Positions 15,787 through 24,515 of a DNA stretch of 64,000 nt are shown piece by piece (positions within the stretch are counted from its first letter, which is position 1; every line of letters starts with the position of its first letter). This DNA is from a virus. Taxonomy: Duplodnaviria; Caudoviricetes. Where the stretch lies: IMG/VR virus record IMGVR_UViG_3300025674_000014; one strand, written 5' to 3'. The notes beneath the pieces were generated by a model that saw only the letters and a program-made list of their open reading frames with translations, made no database searches and had not been told where the DNA came from. The translations under genes were made by a program, and so were the position numbers.

Positions 15787-16773
15787 TTATAGCTTACCGC
15801 TAAGCAGTTTCAAGGCTGAATGTTTTAGATTGTTACTTTGACCGCCAACCATATTATTCATGAATCGTCGCTCAAACCCTCTGCGCATCCTATCTGATGA
15901 TAGCACGCTCTGACCGTCACGTAAGATTGCATTGTTTATCCGCTTTGCTCCCTGATGATGATCAATATACTCAGTAACAGCATTGAAAGCATCCCAACGA
16001 GTTTCTCCTTTGTTTCCAGCGCCGTTAGAGAACAGCTCAATGACTCGATTCCTAGACGTCTCTCCTGATAGGAGTACTTCTTCTCCTTTGTTACGAACCT
16101 TCTTATCTGGAAACAATCGGCTGACTACCTTCTCTAGCTCTTCTCGAGAGATCTTCTGTGAGTCTAGAGCATCAGCGGTATTAACAAATTCAATATTCTT
16201 TTCGATACCTTTCTTAAAACTATTCATCAATACATTAATACGTTGTTCATAATTAGAACGGTGCATAATAGTCATACCTCTTGCTGATCTAGCTACAGTA
16301 TTAAACTGATTGTTACAAAACAATCTATCAACATATGGAAAGACCGCATCTGCTCTTGTACCATCATGATTAAGAATGGCCATGATATAACCGCAAAGTT
16401 TATCTTGGCTATTACTCTTAAGCTGCAGCTCTTCAGGTAGCTTTGCACTTACCCAAATATTATTACCTTTGCCAATAACACCGCACTGAGACCATTCTGC
16501 TTTAAACTGACGACGAACTTCATCAAATGGCTCTAGAATCTCTCTATTCTGAATGACTTGATAAGAATCTCTTACAACGTTGATAACATCACCTCCGTGA
16601 CCTCTTCGGAGCACTTTCCAACTATCTGCTCCATCAACATCCCAAGCCCCAAGATTCTCTTCTACTACCTCAAAATTAAAACCTCCAGCATCCATTACAT
16701 CATTGATAGAAGAACCTTCGATTTTATTTCCGACCAATTTGTCTAAGCTGACTAAGCTATTTTCAATTAACAT
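15787..16773 (-). CDS. DUF932/DUF945-family phage/plasmid protein
   Basis: YQVIQNRE, GKGNNIWV, NHDGT, VDRLFCNNQ, TRWDAFNAVTEYIDH. Confidence 0.85.
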   Translation of the reverse strand: MLIENSLVSLDKLVGNKIEGSSINDVMDAGGFNFEVVEENLGAWDVDGADSWKVLRRGHGGDVINVVRDSYQVIQNREILEPFDEVRRQFKAEWSQCGVIGKGNNIWVSAKLPEELQLKSNSQDKLCGYIMAILNHDGTRADAVFPYVDRLFCNNQFNTVARSARGMTIMHRSNYEQRINVLMNSFKKGIEKNIEFVNTADALDSQKISREELEKVVSRLFPDKKVRNKGEEVLLSGETSRNRVIELFSNGAGNKGETRWDAFNAVTEYIDHHQGAKRINNAILRDGQSVLSSDRMRRGFERRFMNNMVGGQSNNLKHSALKLLSGKL

Positions 16774-16817
16774 ACATATATATTAGGGACTCTCCCTACT
16801 TTTTCAACTAAAAAAAA

Positions 16818-17126
16818 TTAAGACATATCAAAACTGATAAGATCTCTATCCCTTAACAATCCATCTTCAAATTTAAAACTCATTTTTAGTTTTATATACG
16901 GGCCTTGATTATAAGATCCTTGATATGTTCCGGTAAAAGATCCAGTAAAAGGTACTTCTTCTTTTTTATGGTGAAGTCTATTAGAAGATAGATAGTAAAT
17001 ATCATGATTTAAATGTTCATGATCTATAGAAAAAGCAATGAAATCTGGAAAGTAGCTAAGAAATCCCCCGTTAAGATGATTTACAGTTATAGATCTATCT
17101 ACTGTAAAAAAGCTTATTTTCGCCAT
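16818..17126 (-). CDS. Hypothetical protein
   Basis: Start moved to ATG 17126, 5 nt after TAAATA. Confidence 0.65.
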   Translation of the reverse strand: MAKISFFTVDRSITVNHLNGGFLSYFPDFIAFSIDHEHLNHDIYYLSSNRLHHKKEEVPFTGSFTGTYQGSYNQGPYIKLKMSFKFEDGLLRDRDLISFDMS

Positions 17127-17134
17127 ATAATTAT

Positions 17135-17383
17135 TTAAGCGCACAGATGCTTAGAAAAGTTCTTTACAGCTGATCTAGCACCCTGAGGCTTATAATATTT
17201 CTTCTGCTCGTCATAACATTCACTTGACATGACTTGGATAGTTGGTGCTGTCTTGTGCGTCCAGTTCATCACACCTTTATAACGAGCAACGTCCCCACCT
17301 CTAAACGCACAAGTTTTGCAAGTTTTCATTCCGAACTCAACTCTAGGTTGCTCAATATCGTTAGAACAAGTAATGCATTTCAT
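17135..17383 (-). CDS. C4 zinc-finger protein (DksA/TraR-like)
   Basis: CxxC-x3-I-x3-R-x7-CxxC; TATCTT-N6-ATG. Confidence 0.65.
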   Translation of the reverse strand: MKCITCSNDIEQPRVEFGMKTCKTCAFRGGDVARYKGVMNWTHKTAPTIQVMSSECYDEQKKYYKPQGARSAVKNFSKHLCA

Positions 17384-17420
17384 ATGTTTAAGATAGGGAC
17401 GCTCTCTAATTAGTCAACTA

Positions 17421-17690
17421 TCAATTGACAGTCAACGTACGCTTGATACCTGCATTACGCAGAACGCGATGAACGCTTCGGGCACGAAGCTTCTTAATAC
17501 GAGAAGCGAATTGATTAACTTTCACCTCTCCGTGAGCCTCTACAACATGCAATGATCCATCAGCACCGACTTCAAACTCAGCAAAAATACGCTGAGGATT
17601 GCCTTCGACTCGCTTGGCGTAGTCAATAGGACGTCCGGTCATGTAGGTTGTGGTGGTTCCATCGTAGTTTGTGTTTGTCATTGTTGTCAT
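17421..17690 (-). CDS. Small basic hypothetical protein
   Basis: 89-aa ORF, visibly more GC-rich than its neighbours. Confidence 0.7.
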   Translation of the reverse strand: MTTMTNTNYDGTTTTYMTGRPIDYAKRVEGNPQRIFAEFEVGADGSLHVVEAHGEVKVNQFASRIKKLRARSVHRVLRNAGIKRTLTVN

Positions 17691-17721
17691 ATACGTTTAT
17701 TATAATGACAAACTAATAACT

Positions 17722-18084
17722 TCAACTTTTCTTACCACTATAATAATCGACAGCAAGACCTTCGTCTAGAAGAACACGATTAATATTTTTTGATTCGCCA
17801 TGCGAAGTAATCGATACAACTTCAGCTAAACATCTACCATATTTATCAACACCATGCGATTTAATGTTAACTTCATAGTTGCAAGCTTCAAGTAATTGAA
17901 TCATTCTAGCTTTAGCTTCGAATCCTTTTTCCTTCTCCTCCAAGTTTTTTGTTCTAGTTTCAGGACAATCAATGCCATATAATCTTAAGGTAACATCATG
18001 ATGCATATTAAACCCTACATCGACTAAAGCCTTGAGAGTATCACCGTCAACCACTCTCGTGATCTTCGCTCTGTATTCGTACAT
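17722..18084 (-). CDS. Micrococcal nuclease (SNase)-like protein
   Basis: RVVDGDT, LRLYGIDCPE, DKYGRCLA, NRVLLDEGLA; start moved to ATG 18084, 5 nt after TAAATA. Confidence 0.9.
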   Translation of the reverse strand: MYEYRAKITRVVDGDTLKALVDVGFNMHHDVTLRLYGIDCPETRTKNLEEKEKGFEAKARMIQLLEACNYEVNIKSHGVDKYGRCLAEVVSITSHGESKNINRVLLDEGLAVDYYSGKKS

Positions 18085-18092
18085 ACGCATAT

Positions 18093-18353
18093 TTACACAT
18101 CAGTCTTGCGAATTCCCGGCTGTAATACTTTAGATTTTCTTTTGTATGATATCTTTGGTAAGGATGGCTGATTGGTATAATTAGGGCCAGGTTGGTTTCT
18201 TATATCTGGAGCTTTATCAGCACCGGGTTGTTGTTTTATATTTTTACGCATTATCTCCCCTTTGATTCGAGCTTCTTCTTCACCGGGGCCAGAGAAGACA
18301 GTTTCATCTTCATCTTTATAAAACTTTTTGAATGATTTAATTTTTCTTTTCAT
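18093..18353 (-). CDS. Small candidate internal head protein
   Basis: N-terminal IKSFKKFYKDE, CTS-like. Confidence 0.55.
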   Translation of the reverse strand: MKRKIKSFKKFYKDEDETVFSGPGEEEARIKGEIMRKNIKQQPGADKAPDIRNQPGPNYTNQPSLPKISYKRKSKVLQPGIRKTDV

Positions 18354-18549
18354 TTTTTTGATCAGCTAAATAATCTTTATACGACATAAAGAACCCAATA
18401 CCTACAATAAGATGTAATGCTAAACTAGCTAATAAAGCTTCTGTTATATGATAATCTTTAATAGATAAGTGAATATGACCTACTGTCCAAAAAGGGATAG
18501 ATAAGTTCTCACTAACCCAGATAACAAAAAATCGTATAAAACCTAACAC
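18337..18549 (-). CDS. Small two-TM membrane protein
   Basis: Two hydrophobic segments; TAAATA-N6-GTG. Confidence 0.65.
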   Translation of the reverse strand: MLGFIRFFVIWVSENLSIPFWTVGHIHLSIKDYHITEALLASLALHLIVGIGFFMSYKDYLADQKNEKKN

Positions 18550-18582
18550 TTTAATTATTTAATTATTTGGATAAGTATATAT

Positions 18583-20310
18583 GTGCATGATAAAGTTATA
18601 GTAGGTATATCAGGAGGCCATAACGCTGGCATCACAATATATAATAAAGGGGAAATTATTGCAATAGAACTAGAGAGGCTTTTCAATTATAAGAACTTAG
18701 CCTGGTGTAATTTCTGTACCATGATGGGAGGAGATTACATGACTAAATTAATCAAACATTACATAAAAGAAAAATATGGAATAGATAAGATTGATTTAAT
18801 AAGAACTATTAACTCTGATTGGGGTAATAAACAAATTGGTCCTTTGTTCAATACCGAACTAACTGAACATAATCAAATAAGAATTGATAAAGATTATAAT
18901 ACTATTGAGGTTAATTCAGATACAGAGATGACTAGCGGTAATGGATGGGCTGCTTATCATCATAAATCACACGCTGCAGGTACATTCTATCAAAGTTCAT
19001 TTAATAAAGCATTAGTATTTTCTTTTGATGGTGGAGGTGACGATGGATGGAACATAGGGTATTATTTTGATAAACTTCAACCTAAAGAAAATCATGTTAA
19101 AACCGTAATGTTTAATTTCAATGATTATGGTAATCCGTATTTCTATCTAGGGTACTTCATTGATGATATAACTTTTATAAAAGATTATGGTAAAGCTTGT
19201 TTAACATATGCAGGTAAGCTTATGGGTTATTGCTCTTATGGTAGTGTAAGAGAAGATTGGATTGAACCATTAAAAGATTATTATAAGAGATGGAATAGAG
19301 CAGGCTGGTATTGTGTTGAAACAGATGCTAAACTCTTCATGGAAGAGTTGGGTAAGAAAATAAATGTAAGCTTTGCTTATGGAGATGATAATGAACCTGA
19401 CCCTAACAATAGGTTAAAGGGTGTTGTAGCAAAAGATCTAATTGCAACTAGTCAATATGTATTTGAAGAGTTACACTTTGCTGAGATTAAACCTTTAATC
19501 GATGAATATAAAACTAATGTATGCTTAACTGGAGGGTGTGCTATGAACATCTTATACAATAACAAAGTAAGAAAGTATGTAAGAGAAGTTATTGGTAAAG
19601 ATGTTTATGTTGCTCCTAATTCATCTGATTGTGGGTTAAGTACAGGGTTAGTATTAGATCATTTAAGACCAATGATATCTTTTGATTTAACATATGCTGG
19701 TGAAGAAGTATATGATGATAATAATATCTTTTACTACATGCTTAGAAATAATTCTCCGTTAGATATATCTTATGTAGTTAATAAGATGTTTAACCAAAAT
19801 AGTATCTATGGAGTGGTTCAAGGAAGAGCTGAGCATGGGCCTAGAGCATTAGGTAATAGATCAATCATTTGTTCACCTAAGAAAGGTATGAAAGATATAC
19901 TTAACAACAGAGTTAAACATAGAGAGTACTTCAGACCTTTTGCTCCTATAGTTAGACTAGAAGATGTATCGACTTACTTTGATTGGGAAGGTGAGAGTAG
20001 ACATATGAACTTTGCTGCTTTTGTCAGAGAAGAATATAGAGATGATTTAGCTAGTATATCTCATGAAGACGGTACAGCTAGAATACAAACAGTAACAAGA
20101 GAACAGAATGAGTTAATGTATGATCTTTTAACTGAAGTATCTAATCAAGGACATATACCTGTGTTGTTAAATACATCGTTTAATGTAGCAGGTAAACCTA
20201 TTCTTAATACATATAAAGATGCATTCGAGATATTAGATAAAGAAGATATGAATGGTCTTATTATTAAGTCTAAATATCTCGAAGATATTACTTTGTTTGA
20301 AAAGCGTTAA
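18583..20310 (+). CDS. O-carbamoyltransferase (NodU/CmcH family)
   Basis: ELERL, HHKSHAA, FDGGGD, AGKLMG, LTGGCAMN, SSDCGLSTG, RAEHGPRALGNRSI, FRPFAP, HEDGTARIQTV, LLNTSFN. Confidence 0.95.
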   Translation: MHDKVIVGISGGHNAGITIYNKGEIIAIELERLFNYKNLAWCNFCTMMGGDYMTKLIKHYIKEKYGIDKIDLIRTINSDWGNKQIGPLFNTELTEHNQIRIDKDYNTIEVNSDTEMTSGNGWAAYHHKSHAAGTFYQSSFNKALVFSFDGGGDDGWNIGYYFDKLQPKENHVKTVMFNFNDYGNPYFYLGYFIDDITFIKDYGKACLTYAGKLMGYCSYGSVREDWIEPLKDYYKRWNRAGWYCVETDAKLFMEELGKKINVSFAYGDDNEPDPNNRLKGVVAKDLIATSQYVFEELHFAEIKPLIDEYKTNVCLTGGCAMNILYNNKVRKYVREVIGKDVYVAPNSSDCGLSTGLVLDHLRPMISFDLTYAGEEVYDDNNIFYYMLRNNSPLDISYVVNKMFNQNSIYGVVQGRAEHGPRALGNRSIICSPKKGMKDILNNRVKHREYFRPFAPIVRLEDVSTYFDWEGESRHMNFAAFVREEYRDDLASISHEDGTARIQTVTREQNELMYDLLTEVSNQGHIPVLLNTSFNVAGKPILNTYKDAFEILDKEDMNGLIIKSKYLEDITLFEKR

Positions 20311-21155
20311 GCTAAATACTCTTTAAACATTGGCATGTCTTTATAGAACTCTCTATCTTGCTCAAAATTTCTACTTGGTGATGTATGAAAGTCACAGAAG
20401 GTTGGAATGACTGGAGCTTGTTTTACTTCACCAAAACTATTACCAATTGTCAAACTTAACTCAAATGACTCTCCATAATTGTCATCAAGATAATTAGTTA
20501 AACAATACTTAACTAAGTTATGGGTAACTACATAGAATTTATTTTCTTTAGCTTTATACTCTAAATCATCTAAATCTCTATTGATAATAATACAAGTCTC
20601 TACAGGAAAGGCTAGATTATTATCTTCACATTTAGCTAAGTTAATTTGAGGCGACTTTAACACCTCACCTATAAACCGACCCCCATCTTTGTAGTAACGT
20701 TCACCTCTTTGCCATAAATGATGCTCAATAATCTCTTCTTCTTTATTAAACTTATGACAATCTTTATAATATATACCTGCAGGGTGAGATGTATATTTTT
20801 CTAACATTTCTCTTTTAACGCAAGGAAATGTATCACTATCATACCATACAAATAGATTATGAGTCGTATCTCTCTTTAAAGCATCAATCAATAAGAGATG
20901 TTTAACAATAGTATTTTGTCTAAAGTTATCTTTATCTACTACAGGCCAACCTTGAGGTAGATAATAAGGCATGACAGTGAGTTTTATTTTACAATTTACA
21001 TCTTTGAATAGATCAACGTGATCTGTTATGATAACAAGTTCATCCTCACTGTCATACCCACATTTATCGAACGTTTTAATGCTGTCTAGGCACAATTTAC
21101 TATACTTTTCACCAACAGCTACCGTTGCGAATAAAGCTTTAATTTGCATCTTCAT
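20307..21155 (-). CDS. GT-A fold glycosyltransferase-like protein
   Basis: FATVAVGEKY, VIITD, LFVWYDSD (DxD motif); start probably 21155 or 21149. Confidence 0.65.
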   Translation of the reverse strand: MKMQIKALFATVAVGEKYSKLCLDSIKTFDKCGYDSEDELVIITDHVDLFKDVNCKIKLTVMPYYLPQGWPVVDKDNFRQNTIVKHLLLIDALKRDTTHNLFVWYDSDTFPCVKREMLEKYTSHPAGIYYKDCHKFNKEEEIIEHHLWQRGERYYKDGGRFIGEVLKSPQINLAKCEDNNLAFPVETCIIINRDLDDLEYKAKENKFYVVTHNLVKYCLTNYLDDNYGESFELSLTIGNSFGEVKQAPVIPTFCDFHTSPSRNFEQDREFYKDMPMFKEYLA

Positions 21156-21789
21156 AAATGAGTTTAGATTCAATTTGTTCTTTAAACATATTACGAACGA
21201 AATTGATAAGATCAAGACGTCTTTCTAACTCAGCTTGAATTTTTTGTGAAGCTTCATCTGACCCTCTATTAGTTTCATGCTCTAGTACTATAGGGTATAA
21301 TGCTTCACATTCTTTATCTAGATATTCACCAAAACCTAAAATTTCATTAATAAGTTTTTCTAAACTAGCAATCCTAATTGTCTTTTTCTTATTAAGAACA
21401 TCCTCATTTGGAATGATACCTGAGAATTCATCTTTTGTCTCTGGTGGTTGTTCAACAGGCATAGTTTCAAGACTAATAGGTATTGGTTCTGGTGCTGGTT
21501 CTGATTTATGTTGCTCTGGTGTAGGAGGAGGGGTAGGTGCAGGAGCAGGCTGCATTGGCATAAATGATAAACCAGAAGGCTTAATATTATTTACCATTAT
21601 GTAATTGTTAAGCACTGCAAGTAATGCATACAATTGTGTACTATCTACAGATATAGAAGGTATGTTATGAAAGGTTATATCAGCTCCTTCTTCATTATGC
21701 CACGAAGTAATAGAACAAAAATTACCATCACCCCATTCAGCTGCTGCGTTATTAAGTTGTTTAACTCCTATCTTTAATTGATCACTCAT
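21139..21789 (-). CDS. Hypothetical protein with a Pro-rich linker
   Basis: PAPAPTPPPTP linker between two globular-looking halves. Confidence 0.7.
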   Translation of the reverse strand: MSDQLKIGVKQLNNAAAEWGDGNFCSITSWHNEEGADITFHNIPSISVDSTQLYALLAVLNNYIMVNNIKPSGLSFMPMQPAPAPTPPPTPEQHKSEPAPEPIPISLETMPVEQPPETKDEFSGIIPNEDVLNKKKTIRIASLEKLINEILGFGEYLDKECEALYPIVLEHETNRGSDEASQKIQAELERRLDLINFVRNMFKEQIESKLIYEDAN

Positions 21790-22048
21790 ATTCGTCTAAT
21801 AATACTCTAAGTTTAGTTATAATTGAAGCATTCATTTTAGCATTTAATGCCATTGACAGGTAACTAAATACTAATTCATATTCATCTGAACCTGGCATAA
21901 GGTGATTGTTGTAACAAAATAATGAAAACCCCTTTTCGATTTCTTCTATATCGTCGAGTTCTATTAATGTTTCAAGTACCTCTGCTAAATCATTTTCGAA
22001 TTTACTCATTATCCGATTCGACGTAAAGCTGTCGTACGATACTATCAA
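21782..22048 (-). CDS. Hypothetical acidic protein
   Basis: 88-aa ORF overlapping its neighbours. Confidence 0.6.
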   Translation of the reverse strand: MIVSYDSFTSNRIMSKFENDLAEVLETLIELDDIEEIEKGFSLFCYNNHLMPGSDEYELVFSYLSMALNAKMNASIITKLRVLLDEYE

Positions 22049-22274
22049 TAGATGTGGTTACATCTCTGTATTCAATATCATCGTTTTGTTTATATTCTGA
22101 CTTTGTTTGTTCGTTAATGATAGTAGTATGACCTACTTCTTCTCCGGTAAAATCGAATATCTTAATTTGAGGACCATTAAACCAGGCGTACACTTCTTGA
22201 AATTCTTCATTGAAATATACATACCTGGCTAGATGTAAATTACGAATTAATTCTAAGGAAAAAACTTGTCTCAT
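22002..22274 (-). CDS. Hypothetical protein
   Basis: 90-aa ORF. Confidence 0.6.
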   Translation of the reverse strand: MRQVFSLELIRNLHLARYVYFNEEFQEVYAWFNGPQIKIFDFTGEEVGHTTIINEQTKSEYKQNDDIEYRDVTTSIDSIVRQLYVESDNE

Positions 22275-22306
22275 ATATAAGATAATTTATATATGAGCTG
22301 TATAAA

Positions 22307-22447
22307 TCAATCGTAATAGTCTTCGTCTGGGTTAGTGAAATAAAAAGGATCATCTACAAATTGATCTTTCTTTTCATAATCAGACCACATTTTTTCTATC
22401 TGTTGCTTCTTTTCTTCTTCTGATATTTTAGTCTTATCGTCGTTCAT
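22307..22447 (-). CDS. 46-aa acidic peptide
   Basis: Hand translation MNDDKTKISEEEKKQQIEKMWSDYEKKDQFVDDPFYFTNPDEDYYD; starts 1 nt after the upstream stop. Confidence 0.6.
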   Translation of the reverse strand: MNDDKTKISEEEKKQQIEKMWSDYEKKDQFVDDPFYFTNPDEDYYD

Positions 22448-22448
22448 T

Positions 22449-24515
22449 TTAACTTCTAGTTACTGTATGTGTGAATGGATAGTTATCTTTTTCCCATTGT
22501 TGATAACTTACAAGAGGTTCAATTTGAATATATGTTTGATTAGGAGCTTTTGCAATTGGATATCTTCCGCCTTCTTCAGTTACAAATTTTTCAAAGTCTG
22601 GATAATCTCTTTTTACTATATCTAAATCCCAATCTCTATGAATTTTGCAGGGGTTACTAAAGTCTTCATTCCAAGGCCTATAATAATCATCAAAATCATC
22701 AATTTCATTTTTAATGTCTACTTTATAGATTATATAAGTAGCCTGGGTAATCAACGGTGATAAATCTTTAACTGATGGAGTTGTTAATTGTATAGGAGGA
22801 CCCATAGATAAAGCTACTGTACCTACAGGAATTGTAGTGTAATTTACTCTCTGGCTAAATGTACCTGCTTCAAGATGAGTACCACCATCGGGTAAAATAA
22901 ATTTAGCTTCGTTATCTTCAGGGCTTATAATATTTCTTCTAAGTTGCGTAATATCTAAAGAAGAAACAAATACAATGTAGTTAACATCTATATTTACATT
23001 CCATACCCCACCGGTAATTATTTGATCAGCCTCACCGGGTAAAGCAATATTACAAGTAATAGGTCCTTCAACGACATTTCCAAAACCAAACGAGAAAACA
23101 CTTCGTAAAGGTTCGTCTGGCACCACAGGGTTGACAGGCGGTACAATTATAGGTGGTTCTTCAGGTGGAGGTATAACGGGTGGTATAACAGGCGGTTCGT
23201 TTGATACTGGAGGTGGTTCAACTGGAGGTGGTGTTTCAATAACAGGTGGGTTAAAAGTATCTACAGGTGATGAAGAGCATTCAACTGATGTAACCCAGTT
23301 AGTAACTGTAATAATAGGGTCATCACTAGTAAAGTTAACAAAGGGTTGTAGGTTATATAAAGAATAATCTACAGGTATTTTAACTTTAGCAATATTTTCA
23401 CCTGTTACTTTTTCTAAAGGTACACCAAAGCTACTAATAACATTGTTAGCTTTATATCTTAAACCTAAAGTAACAGTAGACGGGTCAATACTACTATTAA
23501 GACCCTTATAAAATATCCAAACCTCTTTACTATTACATTTAGGAGGACTAGATGGAGGAGGTGTAGGAGGTACTGCTACTCTAGGAGCTCTAGATTCGGA
23601 AGGAGATACTGTTCTTGTTGGTGTTGCTCCTGGGGTAGAGGTTCTACTTTTTGTTCTTGTTTGGGTTGGAGATTGTGATCTTGTTCTAGTTTGAGTTTTA
23701 GTTCTAGTTGCTGTAGGAGTTTGAGATCTTGTTCTGGTAAATGTTGGTGTAAGTGTTCTTGTAGGTGTAGCATCTGGAGTTTGCGATGGTGTAATGGTTC
23801 TAGTTTGAGTTGGAGTTACAAATCTTCTTAAAACAAAATTGTTAACATAATTAGGATTCTCTAATTCAATCTTTACAATAGGATCTTTAGATGATAAAGG
23901 TAACGTTTGTGAATCTAACAGATTCATTTTATCTGATATATTATATACACTATCCCTTGCAATTAAAATATCAATTACATATTCATCAACTAAACCATCT
24001 TGTCTATATGCAGAGAATCTAGATGTAAATGTTTTCTCTTCACCATCTTCATCTTTAAGATAATAATCATACGGGTAAAGAATATTTTTAGGGTTGTTAT
24101 TAGTATTTCCTCCAATAGCAAATTTGTAAGGCAACCCTTTATCAAACTCTAAACTTTCACCATTATAAGTTACAGTCTGATATATTCCGGATAATGGTTC
24201 AAATACAATTTTTACAATTGTATTATTACTATCATTGATACCTGATAAATTATATACAATTGTATTATACTCACTATATTTGACACTGCTCAAATTAACA
24301 GTTGTCGTTCTTTTGTAAACCAATTCATTACTATTAAACTCGTAACCTGAAAATGATTGAGCAAATGTATCAGAAGTAAACGTAACACTTTCTGCTGTGT
24401 TAGTGTAATAGTCACTGCTTGAATCTACAGGGTTTTTAAAATAGTAGCCAGATGCTACAGCAGCACTAAGTACTGAATAATCTGTTGAGTTTGTTATATA
24501 GATTGATGTTTCCAT
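22449..24515 (-). CDS. Putative baseplate-associated fibre/spike protein with Thr-rich and Pro-rich linkers
   Basis: TPTQTRT-type repeats and a PPVIPP tract; last large gene of the gp25-gp6 operon. Confidence 0.6.
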   Translation of the reverse strand: METSIYITNSTDYSVLSAAVASGYYFKNPVDSSSDYYTNTAESVTFTSDTFAQSFSGYEFNSNELVYKRTTTVNLSSVKYSEYNTIVYNLSGINDSNNTIVKIVFEPLSGIYQTVTYNGESLEFDKGLPYKFAIGGNTNNNPKNILYPYDYYLKDEDGEEKTFTSRFSAYRQDGLVDEYVIDILIARDSVYNISDKMNLLDSQTLPLSSKDPIVKIELENPNYVNNFVLRRFVTPTQTRTITPSQTPDATPTRTLTPTFTRTRSQTPTATRTKTQTRTRSQSPTQTRTKSRTSTPGATPTRTVSPSESRAPRVAVPPTPPPSSPPKCNSKEVWIFYKGLNSSIDPSTVTLGLRYKANNVISSFGVPLEKVTGENIAKVKIPVDYSLYNLQPFVNFTSDDPIITVTNWVTSVECSSSPVDTFNPPVIETPPPVEPPPVSNEPPVIPPVIPPPEEPPIIVPPVNPVVPDEPLRSVFSFGFGNVVEGPITCNIALPGEADQIITGGVWNVNIDVNYIVFVSSLDITQLRRNIISPEDNEAKFILPDGGTHLEAGTFSQRVNYTTIPVGTVALSMGPPIQLTTPSVKDLSPLITQATYIIYKVDIKNEIDDFDDYYRPWNEDFSNPCKIHRDWDLDIVKRDYPDFEKFVTEEGGRYPIAKAPNQTYIQIEPLVSYQQWEKDNYPFTHTVTRS

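Noticed and set aside
7676-17126. Possible paralogy between 7676..8212 and 16818..17126 (both end in a F.F..G.L.D pattern)
   Set aside because: The similarity is too short to support by eye and needs a profile-profile comparison.
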